A stretch of DNA of 63,439 bases, counting the filler, from Octopus bimaculoides (lineage: Eukaryota), in the NCBI RefSeq assembly GCF_001194135.2. It is 5 parts of 5 records of this genome, joined end to end, with 100 filler letters (N's around TTAATTAATTAA, not from the genome) between each part and the next. Parts side by side here need not be neighbours in the genome. Positions count along the whole stretch, not along the records: positions 30,526 to 48,725 come from NC_068981.1; positions 48,826 to 57,043 come from NC_068999.1; 3 more parts are not named here. One strand, 5' to 3'. This document shows, piece by piece, positions 41,187 through 54,647 of this stretch (positions are counted from its first letter, which is position 1; each line of letters begins with the position of its first letter). The notes beneath the pieces were generated by a model, which worked only from the letters and a program-made list of their open reading frames with translations, ran no database searches and was not told the origin of the DNA. The position numbers were made by a program, and so were the translations under genes.

Positions 41187-44100
41187 TATATATATATATA
41201 TACTGTTTTTGTGTCTTTTGTCTAAATTGTGTACTCTGATGCTGCCTATCAGCTGGTATTAGTCACTAAGTCCAGTTGCTGTACTTTTTCATCAATACAA
41301 ATAAAAAGTAAGATATTTTGTTATCAATATTGATACAAAGAGTCAGAAAATGACCAGATAATAAAGAGCTAGTTGAAATATGTCACTGTGATATTATTAA
41401 ACTCAAACAACAATGAAAATCATGCTATTCATTGGTAGAGTAATTTTTTTGTTTTTGTTTTTTAGATGTATAAATGCATCAGTCATTTTATAAGTTGTAA
41501 CTGTAAAGATAAGTTGCTGCTGACAGCCTGCTGTATTCTGTTAACAGCAACTATATTCTGCCCTTTCCTGTCTGAGTTTGCCTTTGTGATAAACTAGATA
41601 TCAACCTAGCTTCATTGTTGGCTGATTAGTGACCACAAAAGGCATCCATGATTCTTATACAAATATCCAAGTTTGCCAAACAAACAAAACAGTATTTTCC
41701 TCTCTTGCATTTTCTAGTATAGGAAAGTAGATGTGAAAGAAACACAAATTGCAAAATTTGCTTAGCTGAAATTACTAATATGTGTAAGTGTTAGTGAGAG
41801 TATTATTTCTAACTGATGATAAATGCTTGTCTAGCATGATCTTACAGCACTCCATGTTTACTTTTTTGAGGAGTAACATATAAACACTGTCTACTGTAAC
41901 TGAAATGACACACAGTAGGTACACAGCAATATCTTATGAAGTAAACTGTTTGAAAAATCATTGGAAAAAATAATTTTCTGTTGTTGATGGTAATGGTGAA
42001 GATAATAATTATGATTGATTGTGTGTGTGTTCATCATGACTAGTTTCTCTGTACAGTGTTATTTTGAAGGCAGTATTCAATACTTGTTTAGGATATAATT
42101 CACCCATACATAAGACACATCACTTTAATTGCATAGCCGAAAAATATACTTGAAATATCTGCTTAAACAAATCAATCAAATGTCTAGATTTGAAGACTTA
42201 TCCAACCAATGCTAGCATGAAAAATCGGGTACTTCTCAAGTCTTGCAATCCCATGTCAGAAACATGGTGTGTGCATGCGCATGTGTGTGTGTTAATTTAT
42301 GTGTGTCTGTGTGTGTGTATATATATATATATATAGCACTCTTTACTCTCCAGCTGCTGGAAAGTTTTGTTTGTTAAATACTCTAGTATTCCATCTCTCT
42401 CTTCTCTCTCTTGCTACCACAGTAAGGACTTTTAATTACAGAATCTAATTTGCTGAAGTGAATTAATAATATAGAAACTTAAATCCTCCTGGCTGGGTGA
42501 AAATACCATTTGCACATTAAATTATTTAATATACATATTTTGTGATTTTATTTTTTGGAAGGAAGGGTTGAAGAGGGGATTGTGATGCAGTAATAACTTC
42601 CCAGCTAATCTAATCCAAACTTGGTTTTGATTATCTTACTGAAACTGCTTCACTTATAATAATCACTAATGCTATAAATCTGGGTTTTTATACTTAAGTA
42701 AAAAAAAAAAAAAAAAATAATAATAATAAAGGGTGTGTAGTTATGTATCAATAGTATTTGTAAAATGTGCGTCTGCTTTGAATTTTAAGTCTTAGATTTT
42801 GGAAGACTGAGTACATAGAGTACAAACAATTTTCTACTATGGAAATATTGCTGGCCAAACCCTGCTGTCTGGTTCCGTTCAAAACCAATGAATGTTTCTT
42901 CATTGCTGACCACTTCATTAATCATTCAACTCTACCCTTTTTCTGACCAATCATTCGCTCTGAAGATCTCCAGTAAATGAGACAATCGCTCAATTAAGTT
43001 AAAGATTTTGCTAGCAAAGAAATCAACAAAAAAAATTATGTATATGTGTGACAATAACAATGAGTTCTATCTTGAATGTCTCCTCCTTTCTCTCCCCACC
43101 TCCTCTGTTTTTTTCTCTCTCTCGTCTTACACTGCTTAAAGGTTATGGAACATAACTTTTCAGTTGTAGGAGTATTCAGGAAGTTGGAGACAGTCTCCAT
43201 GAAATTCAGCTGTGATCGTTACTTCTTAGCCGAACAATGCACTCTGTTTCATCATCATCACCACCGCCTCATGTTTTTACATATCACTTTGCCACATCTT
43301 TCTCTAGTGCATACTTTGAGGCGGGAATGATGAGGAAAATGAAAAGGTTTAACTTGTAGATCTTCCCATTTCACCAAATATCAGCTGGTGTATTGCGCCT
43401 GTGATAGGAGTTGTTGGAAGTTCACAGCTGACCAAGCTATTTTCTTTTTGCCAGCTCCATTCCATTGTGTATATATCTTGACTGCAGGTATTACTGTCTA
43501 AAAGATGATTCCATCATCTGAACAGATCAATGCTATATCATGGTAGTCAATATTGCACAAAATTTTTGTGCCAATTCTGGAAGTAAAAACAAAACAAAAC
43601 AATATTACATATTAAAGAAACAGAATATTGAACAAATTGCTTAATAACATTTAATCCATTGTTTCATTTGTATTCTTCTGTCTATTTCCTACAGTATTCT
43701 GAGGAAAAAGAAAAAAAAAAAACCTCTAGTCGAATTAGATACCAGAAAAACTTGTTTCCGACATATATATATATATAATCAAGTCTGTTAATTCTTGCTC
43801 CAGTGTTAAGCTGTCAAATTAAAGATGATGTATTGAAGTTGTCACAATTGTGTTGATTATTTTTTTTTGTGTTGTTTTTTTTTTGTTTTCACTATTTTAT
43901 GCAGATGTATGTTTTACATGCCTGTTTATCATATTGGTTACTGTAGTGCTCCCAATAGATTTACATAATTCTATTTTATACTATTATGGAGATGCATTGC
44001 ATGGGAAGTGTTTTGATCTGAGACCATATGTCAAAATTAAAATGATTGCAGTGTGGATGACATTTTAGCCATTTGGAAACACGGTGTGACTGTTGTCAGT

Positions 44101-44923
44101 GACCAGGTCACAGTTGCAGGTGATGGAAATTTTGATGCCATCATCATCATCATTTAACACCTGCTTTCCATGCTGGCATGGGTTAGATGGTTTGACTGAA
44201 ACTGGTAAGCTGGAGAATTGCACCAGGTTCCAATGGTTTTTTTGTGCCAGTTAGGTGACACTGACATTGACCACAGCTACAATTTCATTTGGCATGAGTC
44301 TTCCCAAGTATGGCATATCATCAAAGGTCTTGGTCACTTATCACGAAGCCCAATATTTAAAGGGTGCCTTTTACATGTCATTGGCACGGGTGACTGTTTT
44401 GTGACACCGGTATTGGCCACGACTATATTACATTGATCATATGACAAATAATAAATGTTTAAATAAAGTCAACAGTCTTTGTGTGTTACTGAATGGCTGA
44501 TATGCATCTTCCATGCTGCAATTGTTTATTTTATACTAATCTTATTTCATTGATTTATAATTTTTATATATGATATGGTTTGAATATTAGCCTTAATCCT
44601 GACCTAGTACTGTAACTCACAGTTTAAAAATTAAGCAAATTACTTTTTATCTATTAATAAAACAAAAAATAAAGTAATAGTGTGGAATGCACTATGATTT
44701 GTTGGCGTGTGAAAGTAACCATTGTTATATGTTGTTGTTTAGCCTTCAGGTCAGCTCTGATCTTGGATTATATTACCCCAAATTTTTTTTTTTTAGCCAT
44801 ATTAAAAATGGGTATCATTTCAGGGAACAACTGTTGTGTGGTCTGAAAGATTTGGCTGCCATGTCTAACAAGTTGGTAGTGATTATATAAAGGCTCCCCC
44901 AGGATAATGTGTGTGTGTGTGTC

Positions 44924-44978
<55 letters not shown>

Positions 44979-44989
44979 ATATATGTGTG

Positions 44990-45938
44990 TCGATAGCTTC
45001 CGCTATCTGGGCGACCAAGTTAGTAGTGGGGGTGGGTGCGCTGAAAGTGTAGCTGCTAGAATAAGAATAGCCTGGGCAAAGATTAGAGAGCTCTTACCCC
45101 TGCTGGCGACAAAGGGACTCTCACTCAGAGTAAAAGGCAGACTGTATGATGNNNNNNNNNNNNNNNNNNNNNNNNNNNNNNNNNNNNNNNNNNNNNNNNN
45201 NNNNNNNNNNNNNNNNNNNNNNNNNNNNNNNNNNNNNNNNNNNNNNNNNNNNNNNNNNNNNNNNNNNNNNNNNNNNNNNNNNNNNNNNNNNNNNNNNNNN
45301 NNNNNNNNNNNNNNNNNNNNNNNNNNNNNNNNNNNNNNNNNNNNNNNNNNNNNNNNNNNNNNNNNNNNNNNNNNNNNNNNNNNNNNNNNNNNNNNNNNNN
45401 NNNNNNNNNNNNNNNNNNNNNNNNNNNNNNNNNNNNNNNNNNNNNNNNNNNNNNNNNNNNNNNNNNNNNNNNNNNNNNNNNNNNNNNNNNNNNNNNNNNN
45501 NNNNNNNNNNNNNNNNNNNNNNNNNNNNNNNNNNNNNNNNNNNNNNNNNNNNNNNNNNNNNNNNNNNNNNNNNNNNNNNNNNNNNNNNNNNNNNNNNNNN
45601 NNNNNNNNNNNNNNNNNNNNNNNNNNNNNNNNNNNNNNNNNNNNNNNNNNNNNNNNNNNNNNNNNNNNNNNNNNNNNNNNNNNNNNNNNNNNNNNNNNNN
45701 NNNNNNNNNNNNNNNNNNNNNNNNNNNNNNNNNNNNNNNNNNNNNNNNNNNNNNNNNNNNNNNNNNNNNNNNNNNNNNNNNNNNNNNNNNNNNNNNNNNN
45801 NNNNNNNNNNNNNNNNNNNNNNNNNNNNNNNNNNNNNNNNNNNNNNNNNNNNNNNNNNNNNNNNNNNNNNNNNNNNNNNNNNNNNNNNNNNNNNNNNNNN
45901 NNNNNNNNNNNNNNNNNNNNNNNNNNNNNNNACGATGA

Positions 45939-45941
<3 letters not shown>
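44990..45941 (+). mobile_element. RTE-clade LINE 3' part, mostly in an N gap
   Basis: DSFRYLGDQVSSGGGCAESVAARIRIAWAKIRELLPLL...RVKGRLYD, then gap 45152-45931, then ACGATGATGAT tail. Confidence 0.85.
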
Positions 45942-45975
<34 letters not shown>

Positions 45976-46782
45976 ACTAACTAAACAACCATAATTGTAA
46001 TCATGTAAAACATTTTTTTACCAGACATGGTAACACGAAAGCCTTAAACCAATGAGGAAACCTCTACGTGGCATCTTGTGTCCCAATTCATGTCCATATC
46101 ATTTAAAGTTGTATGGTTCCCTGGTACCCACTTCTGCAGCTGTAGATACCATTATTTTGGTACATAAGTTTGCAGTAATTAATGCACAGTACTTATTTTG
46201 CCAGCACCTCAGTCTTTCACAAATTGTTACCAAGTGTCTTGTGATCTTTGATGGCACTATCAAATTAACAGTCTGTCATTAATCATTGTTGCCTCATTCA
46301 CCTTCCTACCACTAAAAGTTTGATCTTTAAACCTAGTTCTGAGGCCTGTACAAAGCTGTCAACTAGAGCCAGCTGAACCCAGAACTCATGATAGGTAGAG
46401 TTGTTACTCCCTGAAATAGCTAAAACTCTACTTGCTAGCCCTAAAAATCTTAAAAAATTGAAAGATCGGAGTGGTTGGTGTTAGGAAGGGCACCCAGCTG
46501 CAAAAACCCTGCTAAAACACACACAAGTCTGCTGCATGCTCCTGTCAAACCGTTCACCCCATGCCAGCATGGAAGGAGGATATTAAACAATGATGATGAT
46601 ATTTATATTGATCCTAGAAAGATGGAATGTTTATGGCTAGAACACAAGATCAGCAGATTTTAATCTTTTGTTGTTCAGTGTTCTCTTTTACTGAACGGTA
46701 TTTTACAAATGCTCTCTCATTTAAATAATGCTAACACTTATTTTGTGATTATTCATTTTCAAAGATTGAAAATGATAGTAAC

Positions 46783-47190
46783 ATCATCATCATCATCTTT
46801 TAACGTCCGCTTTCCATGCTAGCATGGGTTGAACGATTTGACTGAGGACTGGTGAACTAGGTGGCTACATCAGGCTCCAATCTGATTTGGCAGAGTTTCT
46901 ACAGCTGGATGCCCTTCCTAAAGCCAACCACTCCGAGAGTGTAGTGGGTGCTTTTATGTGCCACTGGCACGAGGGCCAGTCAGGCGGTACTGGCAACGGC
47001 CACGCTCGAAATGGTGTATTTTACATGCCACCTGCACAGGAGCCAGTCCAGCGGTACTGGCAACGATCTCGCTCGAATGTCTTTTCACGTGCCACAAGCA
47101 CAAGTGCCAGGAAGGCGACGTTGGTAACGATCGCGCTCAAATGGTGCTATTTACATGCCACCAGCACGGAAGCCGGACCGGTGCTCTTAG
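46783..47190 (-). mobile_element. RTE-type LINE 3' end (longer copy with internal GTGCCA-type subrepeats)
   Basis: Reverse complement of 30526-30778, (CAT)n at the left end. Confidence 0.78.
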
Positions 47191-47950
47191 CGCTCCACTA
47201 AGTCAAAGGTGAACTATTTTGTACTTAGTCATAGAAAGTTAATAATTTATAATCCTTTCTACTATAGGCACAAAGCCTGAAATTTAGGATGGTGGTGGCT
47301 AGTTGATTACATCAACTCCAATGTTCAACAGGTCATTGACCCTGAAAGGAGAAAGGCAATATCAACTTTGGTGGAATTTGAACACACAATGTAAAGATGG
47401 GTGAAATGTTACTAAATATTTTGTCTGGTGTGCTAAGGATTCTGCTATGTATCATATGTAAGAATAGCATTTATAAAGAGATGAAAATATATGCTGAAAC
47501 AACAAAACAAGATATAGCATTTGTTAAAGTTTTGTAAATAATTTTTATTCAAATAGTTATATTTACTAATTTGGATTTTAAAATAGCAAACATGACACAT
47601 CATTAGTCATGTTTCTATTCAAATAACAATGTCCTACTTGATTTATAATGCCAAATGAGATTATTTTTGAAAGGATATTTAAACTGTCCACATCCAGCCA
47701 AATATCCTACCTGTTTTATGTTCAAACTGACAAAACCCAGCCTCTCACAATTACTCTACAATGTCATTCTAAGAATAAACAATCATATCATCAAAATCGC
47801 AAGGCTACAAGATAATACATGATTAATTTAAAGCAATGTGAATAAATAAGCATTACATTTGATGGAGTAAACTGACTGCTAAACAACTTCAAAATATCAC
47901 TATTTGGTTTGACTTCATTACTAAGTGTGTATGCACACACATGCATATTT

Positions 47951-48018
47951 ATATAACCCTTTAGTATTGAAACTCCCCATATCTATATAACCCTTTAGTA
48001 TTGAAACTCCCCATATCT
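47951..48018. repeat. Exact 34-bp tandem duplication at the end of a piggyBac-type MITE copy
   Basis: ATATAACCCTTTAGTATTGAAACTCCCCATATCT occurs twice in tandem. Confidence 0.9.
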
Positions 48019-48725
48019 AGCTCAAATATTCTAATTATTTTATGTTCAAGCTGACCAGATCTTATTTCTCACACTATTCTACAATATCATTCTAAAGATA
48101 AACAATCACATCATTGAAATCTCAAAGTTACTGTCCTGAGGTGTCATCTGTGTACCAACTTGATGGTGGAAAACAAAAATATCTTTCTAGTGCTGCATAT
48201 AAAAATGATTAACGACACTCACAAACAACAGAAGTTTTATCTATTGCACATAGTGTTTTCTGTGTTGGTCTCTGGATAAAAAATAGTAATGACAATAACA
48301 TACCAGGACAGACATACTACTGGGATCTATGACATTCTAACTGGTATATATCAATCTGTGGCTGGCCCATCACAACTGGAAAATAATCATGTAATAGTCA
48401 TGTTAACAAAATCTGTGTCTTCTTAACTAACATGAGAATGGAAACGTCAAGTGGTTGCCTCAACGTTCTGGAGTTACAGAGTTTGATATGGATTATACTT
48501 TTATTCTTTTACTTGTTTCAGTCATTTGACTGTGGCCATGCTGGAGCATCACCTTAAAGGGTTTTAGTTGAAGTAATCGACTCCAAGACTTATTCTTTGG
48601 GAGCCTAGTACTTATTCTATTGATCTTTTTTGCTGAACAGCTAAGTTATGGGGACATAAACACACCAGCGTCAGTTGTTAAATGATGGTGAGGGGACAAA
48701 CACAGACGCACACGTATATATATAT

Positions 48726-48825
48726 NNNNNNNNNNNNNNNNNNNNNNNNNNNNNNNNNNNNNNNNNNNNTTAATTAATTAANNNNNNNNNNNNNNNNNNN
48801 NNNNNNNNNNNNNNNNNNNNNNNNN
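48726..48825. other. Synthetic scaffold-join spacer
   Basis: Same 44N/12-mer/44N structure. Confidence 0.95.
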
Positions 48826-48896
<71 letters not shown>

Positions 48897-48900
48897 ACTT

Positions 48901-49094
48901 TACGAGGGTTGCTGAAAAGTTCCTGACTTTGGGTTATTATGATTTTTTTCAACATATTTCCCTCTCAGATTCTCACATTTATTGCAGCGCTGCTTCAGTT
49001 TTTCTGACCCCTGTAAAAGAACTCGGAAGTTTGGGCCTCCAACTAGGTCTTTCGCGATACTCTTAGAGCCAGGAACTTTTTAACACCCTTTCGT
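48901..49094. mobile_element. Mariner-derived MITE
   Basis: Left TACGAGGGTTGCTGAAAAGTTCCTG and right CAGGAACTTTTTAACACCCTTTCGT form imperfect terminal inverted repeats. Confidence 0.7.
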
Positions 49095-49807
49095 GCATAC
49101 GTGTGTGTTCTTATACATTTGTGTGTATGTGTACATGCGCGCGCAAAAGTATTGTCTTTAGAATTTGAAATACGTCACAAACACATTTGACTAATCTAAA
49201 GTTCGTATGTATATAGCTGCTGGCAGCAAACAACAAGAGCAACAAGTATAGGTAGCAACATAACATGCAAGATTAAAAGCTATGATACAGGGCAAGCAAA
49301 CATATGACGTTTTATGTCACCCACACACCATGTTAGATGGTATTACAATATCTGCAGAGCTCTTTAGCTATTTTGAATATCTTCTGTATTTTCATATTTG
49401 CACAGTGATCTAGACTTCATCTTTCCACTGGGCATATTGATATGAGAACGAGAGAGTTCACAATCGCCTCACATTCGATGAAAAGTATTACTCTAACATC
49501 ACATCAGAGTCTACGAGATAAGAGTCTTGTCATACGCTTGATAGACATCGGAGGAAGGGTGAAGCATTTTCACTATGGCTGTTGAGGTATGACGCAAGCC
49601 GGGCTAGTGAAATATCGCTACTTCCGTTGTTTCAGGTGAACGTGGCACTCCGTCGTTCACAACGACGAGGGTTCCAGTTGATCCAATCAAAGGAATCGCC
49701 TGCTCGTGAAGTTAACGTGCAAGTAGCTGAACACTTCACAGACACGTGTACCCTTAACNNNNNNNNNNTAGTGAAATATCGCTACTTCCGTTGTTTCAGG
49801 TGAACGT

Positions 49808-50176
49808 GGCACTCCGTCGTTCACCACGACGAGGGTTCCAGTTGATCCAATCAAAGGAATCGCCTGCTCGTGAAATTAACGTGCAAGTAGCTGAACACTT
49901 CACAGACACGTGTACCCTTAACGTAGTTCTCGGGGAGATTCAGCGTGACACAGTGTGACAAGGCTGACCCTTTGAATTACAGGCACAACAGAAACAGGAA
50001 GAAAGAGTGAGAGAAAGTTGTGGTGAAGGAGTACAGCAGGGTTCGCCACCAACCCCTACCGGAGCCTGGTGGAGCTTTAGGTGTTTTCACTCAATAAACA
50101 TTCACAACGCCCGGTCTGGGAATCGAAACCGCGATTCTACGACCGCTGCTATAACCACTGGGCCATTGCACCTCCA
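49808..50176 (-). mobile_element. SINE family A, full length
   Basis: Same head and core as 19962-20332. Confidence 0.88.
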
Positions 50177-50183
50177 CTAAAGG

Positions 50184-50509
50184 AGCACTCCGTCGGTTAC
50201 AACGACGAGGGTCCCAGCTGATACGTTCAACGGAACAGCTTGCTCGTGAAATTAATGTGCAAGTGGCTGAGCAATTCACAGACACGTGTACCTCTAACGT
50301 AGTTCTCAGGGAGATTCAGCGTGAAACAGAGTGTGACAAGGCTGGCCCTTTGAAATACAGGTGCTACTCATTTCTGCCAGCTGAGTGGACTGGAGCAACG
50401 TGAAATTAAGTGTCTTGCTCAATGACACAACGCATCACCGGGAATTGAACTCACAACCTTACAATCGTGAGTCGAATGCCCTAACCACTAAGCCATGCTC
50501 CTTCACGCA
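50184..50509 (-). mobile_element. SINE sharing the family A core but with a different tRNA-like head
   Basis: Core matches family A; the head (rc TGCGTGAAGGAGCATGGCTTAGTGG...GAGTTCAATTCC...GAGCAAGACACTT) differs. Confidence 0.8.
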
Positions 50510-50985
50510 GGTAAACGACATATGTAGAATACGGAGTAGACACTGTTCTCTGACTTGCTGAAGTGCTGAGCAGTTAGATATGGTTGTGAGCTTCATTGAT
50601 TACCTATGAATGAACTTTTCCGAGCCACTAACGGACAAACTACTTTTGCGGCAGGTAGACTATTGCTGATATTTAGGAGTGAAATACCGTCACACCCGTG
50701 GCTTCAGGTGGTGTAGTAAGGTGCAGTATAGCGAGGAGTAGATGTTATTTTCCGGTTCCCCGTGTGCACGAAGCCATCAACTTCATTCATCATCAACAGA
50801 AGAAAATGTTAAGTTTAGGCAACTTTCTCTTCTGCATTCAATGTCAACGTTTCATTTGGTCGTTCTATTGTATTGTACCCTCTGTGTTCAGCCCTTCGTG
50901 GCTTAATAAAGAAATCTGTTTTTTATTTTTTTATTTATTTATATGTCTACTCTACTGATCAACGTTAAATTTGACGTTATATACA

Positions 50986-51072
<87 letters not shown>

Positions 51073-51244
51073 NNNNNNNNNNNNNNNNNNNNNNNNNNNN
51101 NNNNNNNNNNNNNNNNNNNNNNNNNNNNNNNNNNNNNNNNNNNNNNNNNNNNNNNNNNNNNNNNNNNNNNNNNNNNNNNNNNNNNNNNNNNNNNNNNNNN
51201 NNNNNNNNNNNNNNNNNNNNNNNNNNNNNTATATATATATATAC

Positions 51245-51284
<40 letters not shown>

Positions 51285-51451
51285 GGGGAAGATAGATAGA
51301 TAGACACTTACATGCATACATACATACATACACACGTGCGTTTGTGTGTGTGTGTGTGTTTGTCTTCTGTGTGTGTGTGCATATATGCACGAGAATTGGA
51401 TTTAAGCATTTTTCTTGTCTAAAGAAGTTCAACTTTTAATAAACTGTCTTT

Positions 51452-52290
51452 ATGACGTCACAATACCGATTGTGTTTGTTTGGAGCTTTGACTGCTGGCA
51501 TTTTCACTCTCCACCTTTCGCGGTGATTAGAGGTGATTAATATACGCAGGCCAGAAGATGGTGACAGAAACTTCTAAAGCTTAGTGAGAAATCGGCGTCA
51601 CCTTCACCTTGCTTTTGATGTTAATGTTTTACTTCTTTCAATCGTGAAACTGCGGTCATGAAGGGGCACCGCCTTGAAGAAGTTTTAGTCGAATGAATCG
51701 ATCAAGGACTTATTTTTTTTCTTAAGGCTGCTACTTATTCTATCGGTCTCTTTTGCTGAACCGCTAAGTTGGTGGATGTATGCACACTAGCATCGGTTAT
51801 CAAGCGGTGGCGAGGAGACAAACACACACACACAAGCAAACTTCTTAATACACAGCCACGCCATGCATCTTTGAGTTCTTATACACTCCCTGTAATACCC
51901 TGGCTGCTACCATATTATAATTACAAGATGTCTTACGTAGTTAGGCACTTTCTGCACTGAAACGTGGATGTTCCAAAACGGGAAACATATACACCACACT
52001 CAATCCAATCACATTGTATATAGTGTCCTGTCCAACTGTATGATATTAAATAGTAATACTAATGATGAACAGAAAATATTGGTTACGCAACACATAGTCA
52101 CACGTATGTTAACGGAATAGAGCTCTTATGATGGTGAGTATTTTAAATATCTATATGCTTGTTGCTATTAAAACGTTGAGCAACGTCTCAAGATATTTCT
52201 ATAATACAGAAAAATAGATTCTCCAATAGCTGTTCGATATACTGCATATATCACAATTGTTGCGAACGCATGACCACATACATCTTTGGT
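51452..52290 (+). pseudogene. Decayed exon(s) of an unidentified Cys-rich, possibly secreted protein, copy 1
   Basis: 51941-52133 reads LGTFCTETWMFQNGKHIHHTQSNHIVYSVLSNC...TE*SSYD then G|GTGAGT donor; paralogous to 54020-54640; interrupted by a SINE fragment. Confidence 0.5.
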
Positions 52291-52554
52291 TACATGTACA
52301 TGTGTGTGTGTGTGTGTGTGTGTGTCTGTCTGTCTGTCTGTTGGTCTCATTCACTCAATCTATCACTCCTTTCTTTCTTTCTTTCTTTCTTTCTATCTTT
52401 CTTTCTGTCTTTCTTTCTTTCTTTCTTTCTTTCTTCCTTTCTTTTTTCTTTCTTCCGTTCTTTCTTTCTTTCTTTCTTTCTTTCTCTTTCTTTTTTATTT
52501 TGTCCCTCTCTGTTACCATCAGCCAAAACGCATTTCATTTCTCTCTATAAATTT

Positions 52555-53560
52555 ATTGGATCGTTAGATAAATTTATTTCGTTTATTCTTTCAATTATTT
52601 TAATTCTTTCTTTTTTTTCCTTCAACAATTTCAACAAAGCAGCCAATAATATACTGTCAAACATTGTCCACGTATTCTGGCAACGTTTCAGTAGCTTTCC
52701 AGTGTCTTGACGGTAGAAGTTGCCAGATCTTGACACGAAAAATGCCACATTTTCAATTTCATGTTCTTGAACGAAACGCCTCGTAGAGTGCCGAAGAGCG
52801 ACTGACAAAGTTAATCATCTGAAGACGCTATATAAGGGAAACATTGTGTGTGCGGTAGAACTCCCGAGCCGAGCTCTTGAATGGCATTTTTGTCAAATTA
52901 GTGACATGAGAGCGAGTGTTATCTTGTTGAAGAAGCACGCTGTGTCACTGGCTGGGTCGTTTCAGCTGGATTGTTTCATTGAGCCAGTGCATTTGATGAG
53001 CATAAAGCTCTGCATTTACCGTGTGGTAGTTTTCAAGCATTTCGTAGTGGATTAGCCCTTCTCAATCCCACCGAACACAGATCATTGTATTGCTTGGATG
53101 CAGCTCTGCCTTGGCTCAAGGTGTTGCTTTCTTAACAGGACTCAACCGAACTTTCCTCTGCTTCATATTGATGTAAAAATACTTTTTCATCGCGTGTGAT
53201 GATGCGGTAAAAAAGCCTGTGTCCACGAGAAGCCTGATGTCGAGCGAGCAAACTGGTGGCGTTAGAGAACTGCCGGAGTTTGTCTTTTTCGTCCCGGGCA
53301 TGTGACACTCATGCACCGAGATTTTGAACCTTACCCATCAAGTAAAGCTGACGGTATCACGGGAGAATCCCAATCTGCTGGCTCAACTGCCAAGTAGATT
53401 GGTGCAGGTCCTCGAGGACGAGCTCATTCACACGGTCTTCATGAAACTGAAGTGGTAGACCGGAACGCGAAGAGTCTGTGCAGTCGAATTTCCCCTCCTT
53501 GAATGGTGTAAACCATTTCTGTGCATTTCTTTCAGATAGACGCCTTCTTCGGGTCAATAA
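52555..53560 (-). mobile_element. Decayed mariner (Tc1/mariner) transposase
   Basis: QKWFTPFKEGKFD...SRSGLP (HTH region), FLHRIITRDEK (first D), VLLQQDNTRSH (second D), FYRQDTGKL..R (C-terminus); frameshifted; ends approximate. Confidence 0.85.
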
Positions 53561-53665
53561 AATAAGTAACAGCTGAGCATTAGGGTCGATGTAATCGACT
53601 TAATCCCTCTTTGCACTTGCTGACCTTGAGCCAAAATTTGAAACCAATATTTAGCTGATATAAAT

Positions 53666-53704
<39 letters not shown>

Positions 53705-53924
53705 TTTATTATTCTTAAACAAGAATGTTGACAGTGACTTCGAAGTTTCGGCCTGCTAAGCTATTGTTGGACTGCAGTGCATTAAAAATTTCTAGCTTCA
53801 CCATAGACTAACTCTAATGCATCGGACTAACCTCTAATACAAAGACGAAAACACGTCTTATGTATGTATGTGCATGTCTGTGTCTATGTATCTACAGATA
53901 TGTGTTTTCGTATGTGTTTGCACA

Positions 53925-53961
<37 letters not shown>

Positions 53962-54019
53962 TTGATTTAAGCTTCTTCCCTCTGGTCCAAAGAAGTTTAA
54001 GTTTTTATACAGTATGTTT

Positions 54020-54640
54020 ATGACGTCACAATACCGATTTGACTTTTTCCGGAGCTTTGATTACTGAAATTTTCATTGTTTCAAGTATTCGCGGTGATTA
54101 AAGGTTGAAGAATATGTAGGACAAGATGAGTTGGGAGGCATCAAAACATCTAAAGCTTTGTGGGAGTCAGTGTCACCTTTACCTTGCTTTTGGTGTTTGA
54201 AGAGTTATTTGATGCACCTTTGAGTTCTTAAACAACGCTCTCTATAACACACTGGCTGCTATCAACTTGCAAGATGTCTTGCGTAGTTAGGTACTTTCTG
54301 CACAGGAACATGGATGTTCCAGAACGAGAAACATATACACCACACTCAATCCATTCGCACCGTATATAGTGTTCTGTCTAACTGTGTGACATCAAATAGC
54401 AACACTAATGATGAACACAAAATGTTGGTAACGCAATACATAGTCATACGTATCTCAACAGAATATGGTTCCTAGGATGATGAGTAAGTTTAGTTATCTA
54501 TATATTTGTTGCTATTTAAACGTTTGAGAAACTTTTCAAGATATTTCTATAATACAGAAAAATAGATTCTCCAATAGCTGTTCGATATATTGCATATATC
54601 ATTATTGTTGTTAACACATGACCACATACACTTTTGATTA
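54020..54640 (+). pseudogene. Decayed exon(s) of an unidentified Cys-rich protein, copy 2
   Basis: 54287-54479 reads LGTFCTGTWMFQNEKHIHHTQSIRTVYSVLSNC...TEYGS*D; the homologous donor is AT instead of GT. Confidence 0.5.
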
Positions 54641-54647
54641 CATGTAC

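Noticed and set aside
49390-49640. Protein-like stretch RLTFDEKYYSNITSE...FSLWLLRYD
   Set aside because: Frameshift and stop present and no family recognised; insufficient for a pseudogene call without a search.
49605-49922. 154-bp tandem duplication
   Set aside because: The copies flank a 10-N gap and differ by 2 nt; this is an unmerged contig or allele overlap.
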